Below, piece by piece: positions 62,133 to 64,000 of a DNA stretch of 64,000 bases. The position numbers and the translations under genes are program-made. This stretch comes from an uncultured delta proteobacterium (GTDB lineage Bacteria > Desulfobacterota > Binatia > UBA9968). The stretch lies in assembly GCA_963755715.1 (NCBI GenBank), contig CAVWLW010000001.1, forward strand, positions 64,001-128,000. The letters are read 5' to 3'. Position 1 is the stretch's first letter, and each line of letters starts with the position of its first letter. The notes below the pieces were generated by a model, which ran no database searches, was not told the origin of the DNA, and saw only the letters and a program-made list of their open reading frames with translations.

Positions 62133-63842
62133 TTACCCGGCCCGCGCGCTGGCGTCGGCGTAGGCGTTTTTGACGTATTGGCAGAGCATGCGCTGGGTGT
62201 TGAAATAGGAACCGTTGAAGGCGATGGCGGAGCGCATCACTTGGGCAAAACGGTCAGGCTCTCTGTAATAGAGTGGCAGGATGACATTTTCGAGCTTTGT
62301 GTAAAGCGACAATGCTTCGCTGGCGGTATCGTTCTCGTTCGCGTCACCGATCGACCAACCGGTCACTCCTTCAACATGGCCTTCGACCCACCAACCGTCG
62401 AGCACGCTGAAACTTGGCACACCGTTGAGCGCCGCCTTCATGCCGCTGGTGCCGGAAGCTTCTTGCGGCCTTAGCGGGGTATTGAGCCAAACATCGACAC
62501 CTGAACAGAGCAGCTTGCCCAAGGCCATATCGTAGTTTTCCAAATAAATTACCCGCACGTCGTCAGCCAGGGCCGCCGCTGCTTCGAAGATGTGGCGAAT
62601 GATCGCCTTGCCGCTTTCATCGCGTGGATGGGCTTTGCCGGCGTAGATAAGTTGTATCGGTCCGACTTGTCGGGCGATCTGCTGGATGCGCTCGCGGTCG
62701 GTGAAAATCAAGTCGCCGCGCTTGTATCCCGTGGCGCGACGCGCAAAGCCGAGAGTGAAGACTTTCTCGTCCAGTCGCGTCCCGGTGAGCCAACGAACTT
62801 GCTGGAATAACTCTTTCTTGGCGTTCCCATGTGCTTGGCGAATCTCGGCCAGGGGGATGCCCACCGCATAACGCAGATAACAATTGTCACGACGCCACCC
62901 GGGCGCAAACCGGTCGTACAGAGACGCAAACGGCGCGCTCGTCCAAGTCGTCGCGTGCACGCCGTTTGTGATCGCTTGAATGTTGTGGTTCGGGAACATC
63001 GCGCGCGATATGTCGCGGTGGCGCATGGACACGGCATTGACGAAGCCGGACAGCCGCAGCGCCAGCTCGGTCATATTGAGGAATCCGTTCAGGAGCTGCA
63101 TTTGCGCCAAAGCCGTCGCCCGGCCGTTGCCGAGGATTCGGTAGACCAACTCGGCATTGAAACGATCATGGCCGGCCGGCACCGGCGTATGCGTGGTAAA
63201 AGCGCACCGGTGTCGAACCGTTTCGATCTCCACCTCCGAAAATTCCCGCTCCGGCGAAGATCGCGATTGCTCTTCTAGAAGAGCGAGAGTTGCGAAGGCC
63301 GAGTGACCCTCGTTCATGTGAAACATGCCGATATCGTCGTAGCCGAGCGCGCGCAGCATCGCCACGCCGGCCAATCCCAATATTACTTCTTGGCACAGGC
63401 GGTAGCGTTCATCGCCGCCATAGAGAAAATCCGTCAGACCGCGATCGGCGGCGGTATTCTCCGGCAGATCTGCGTCGAGAAAAAACAGCGGCACCGTGTG
63501 GCCGGTGATGCCCTGAAACAAGTACTTCCAGGCGCCCACGCGCACTTCTCGATTTTCAATTGAAACCGTCACTTTGGTCGGCAGACGCACGAGATATTCT
63601 TCGGGTGTCCACTTGGCCGGACTTTCCAACTGGTTGCCGCGTGAGTCAAGGTGCTGATCGAAGTAACCTTTTCGGTGGATTAGAGAAACGGCGACCATGG
63701 GCAGCTCCAGATCGGCCGCCGAGCGCAACATGTCTCCAGCCAAAACACCTAAGCCGCCGCTGTAAGTTGGAATTTTAGAATCGACGGCGATGTCCATGGA
63801 AAAATAGGCGACGGTCCCGATAGGGGGCGATGCATTCTGCAT
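62133..63842 (-). CDS. glgP: Alpha-glucan (glycogen/maltodextrin) phosphorylase, short form
   Basis: YSGGLGVLAGD, HMNEGH, FTTHTPVPAGHD, ITNGVH, EASGTSGMKA (PLP Lys). Confidence 0.93.
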   Translation of the reverse strand: MQNASPPIGTVAYFSMDIAVDSKIPTYSGGLGVLAGDMLRSAADLELPMVAVSLIHRKGYFDQHLDSRGNQLESPAKWTPEEYLVRLPTKVTVSIENREVRVGAWKYLFQGITGHTVPLFFLDADLPENTAADRGLTDFLYGGDERYRLCQEVILGLAGVAMLRALGYDDIGMFHMNEGHSAFATLALLEEQSRSSPEREFSEVEIETVRHRCAFTTHTPVPAGHDRFNAELVYRILGNGRATALAQMQLLNGFLNMTELALRLSGFVNAVSMRHRDISRAMFPNHNIQAITNGVHATTWTSAPFASLYDRFAPGWRRDNCYLRYAVGIPLAEIRQAHGNAKKELFQQVRWLTGTRLDEKVFTLGFARRATGYKRGDLIFTDRERIQQIARQVGPIQLIYAGKAHPRDESGKAIIRHIFEAAAALADDVRVIYLENYDMALGKLLCSGVDVWLNTPLRPQEASGTSGMKAALNGVPSFSVLDGWWVEGHVEGVTGWSIGDANENDTASEALSLYTKLENVILPLYYREPDRFAQVMRSAIAFNGSYFNTQRMLCQYVKNAYADASARAG

Positions 63843-64000
63843 AACGGCTCTTGTTAGACGAAGTTTAGAATCAAGCGCTTTAGCGGATTACCGAAGAGAT
63901 CGAATGGACGAGCGAGCATTCTGAAGTCGTGCGAATCTTGAGTAGCCATAGCATAACGTCGGCTCCCGGGCAATTAATCGACATAGAGAATTTCACCTTA

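Overview
A ~57-60% GC (estimated by eye) bacterial chromosomal window. Gene content (orphan NMT1/SsuA-type solute-binding proteins, short-period palindromic repeats, two paralogues of an 'EKRLM.AVL.DA...FSF.NIC..LG.D..Y.R' protein) suggests Candidatus Binatia; this is inference only. From left to right: three orphan solute-binding proteins around a decayed, unannotated UxxC glutaredoxin-like selenoprotein gene; isochorismatase and thiD; a housekeeping block (pyrF, proS, ispG, jag, yidC, yidD, rnpA, rpmH, gpsA, gyrA, gyrB) detached from dnaA-dnaN-recF; and a ~15 kb cobamide uptake/salvage/remodelling island (degenerate CobS paralogue, AEC transporter, two cobalamin riboswitches, tonB, btuB, DUF4430, cbiP, cbiZ, cbiB, cobD, cobU, cobT, cobS, btuFCD). 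Next come acyl-CoA catabolism genes including a non-decarboxylating-type glutaryl-CoA dehydrogenase, a protease-rich region (HtrA-like, LonC-like, BepA-like, PepF, DegP), a divergent ychF, ribBX, panE, a cytochrome c with a contracted CXCH motif, moxR, mltG, an alpha/beta-hydrolase pseudogene and glgP. Many genes, including essential gyrA and yidC, carry single-base frameshifts that are most likely long-read consensus errors. The most notable observations are periodic palindromic repeats inserted twice into one cobalamin riboswitch, a putative CobS pseudo-enzyme, the CXCH heme motif, recurrent leaderless-type promoters, and the hidden selenoprotein gene. No rRNA, tRNA, CRISPR array or transposase was seen.
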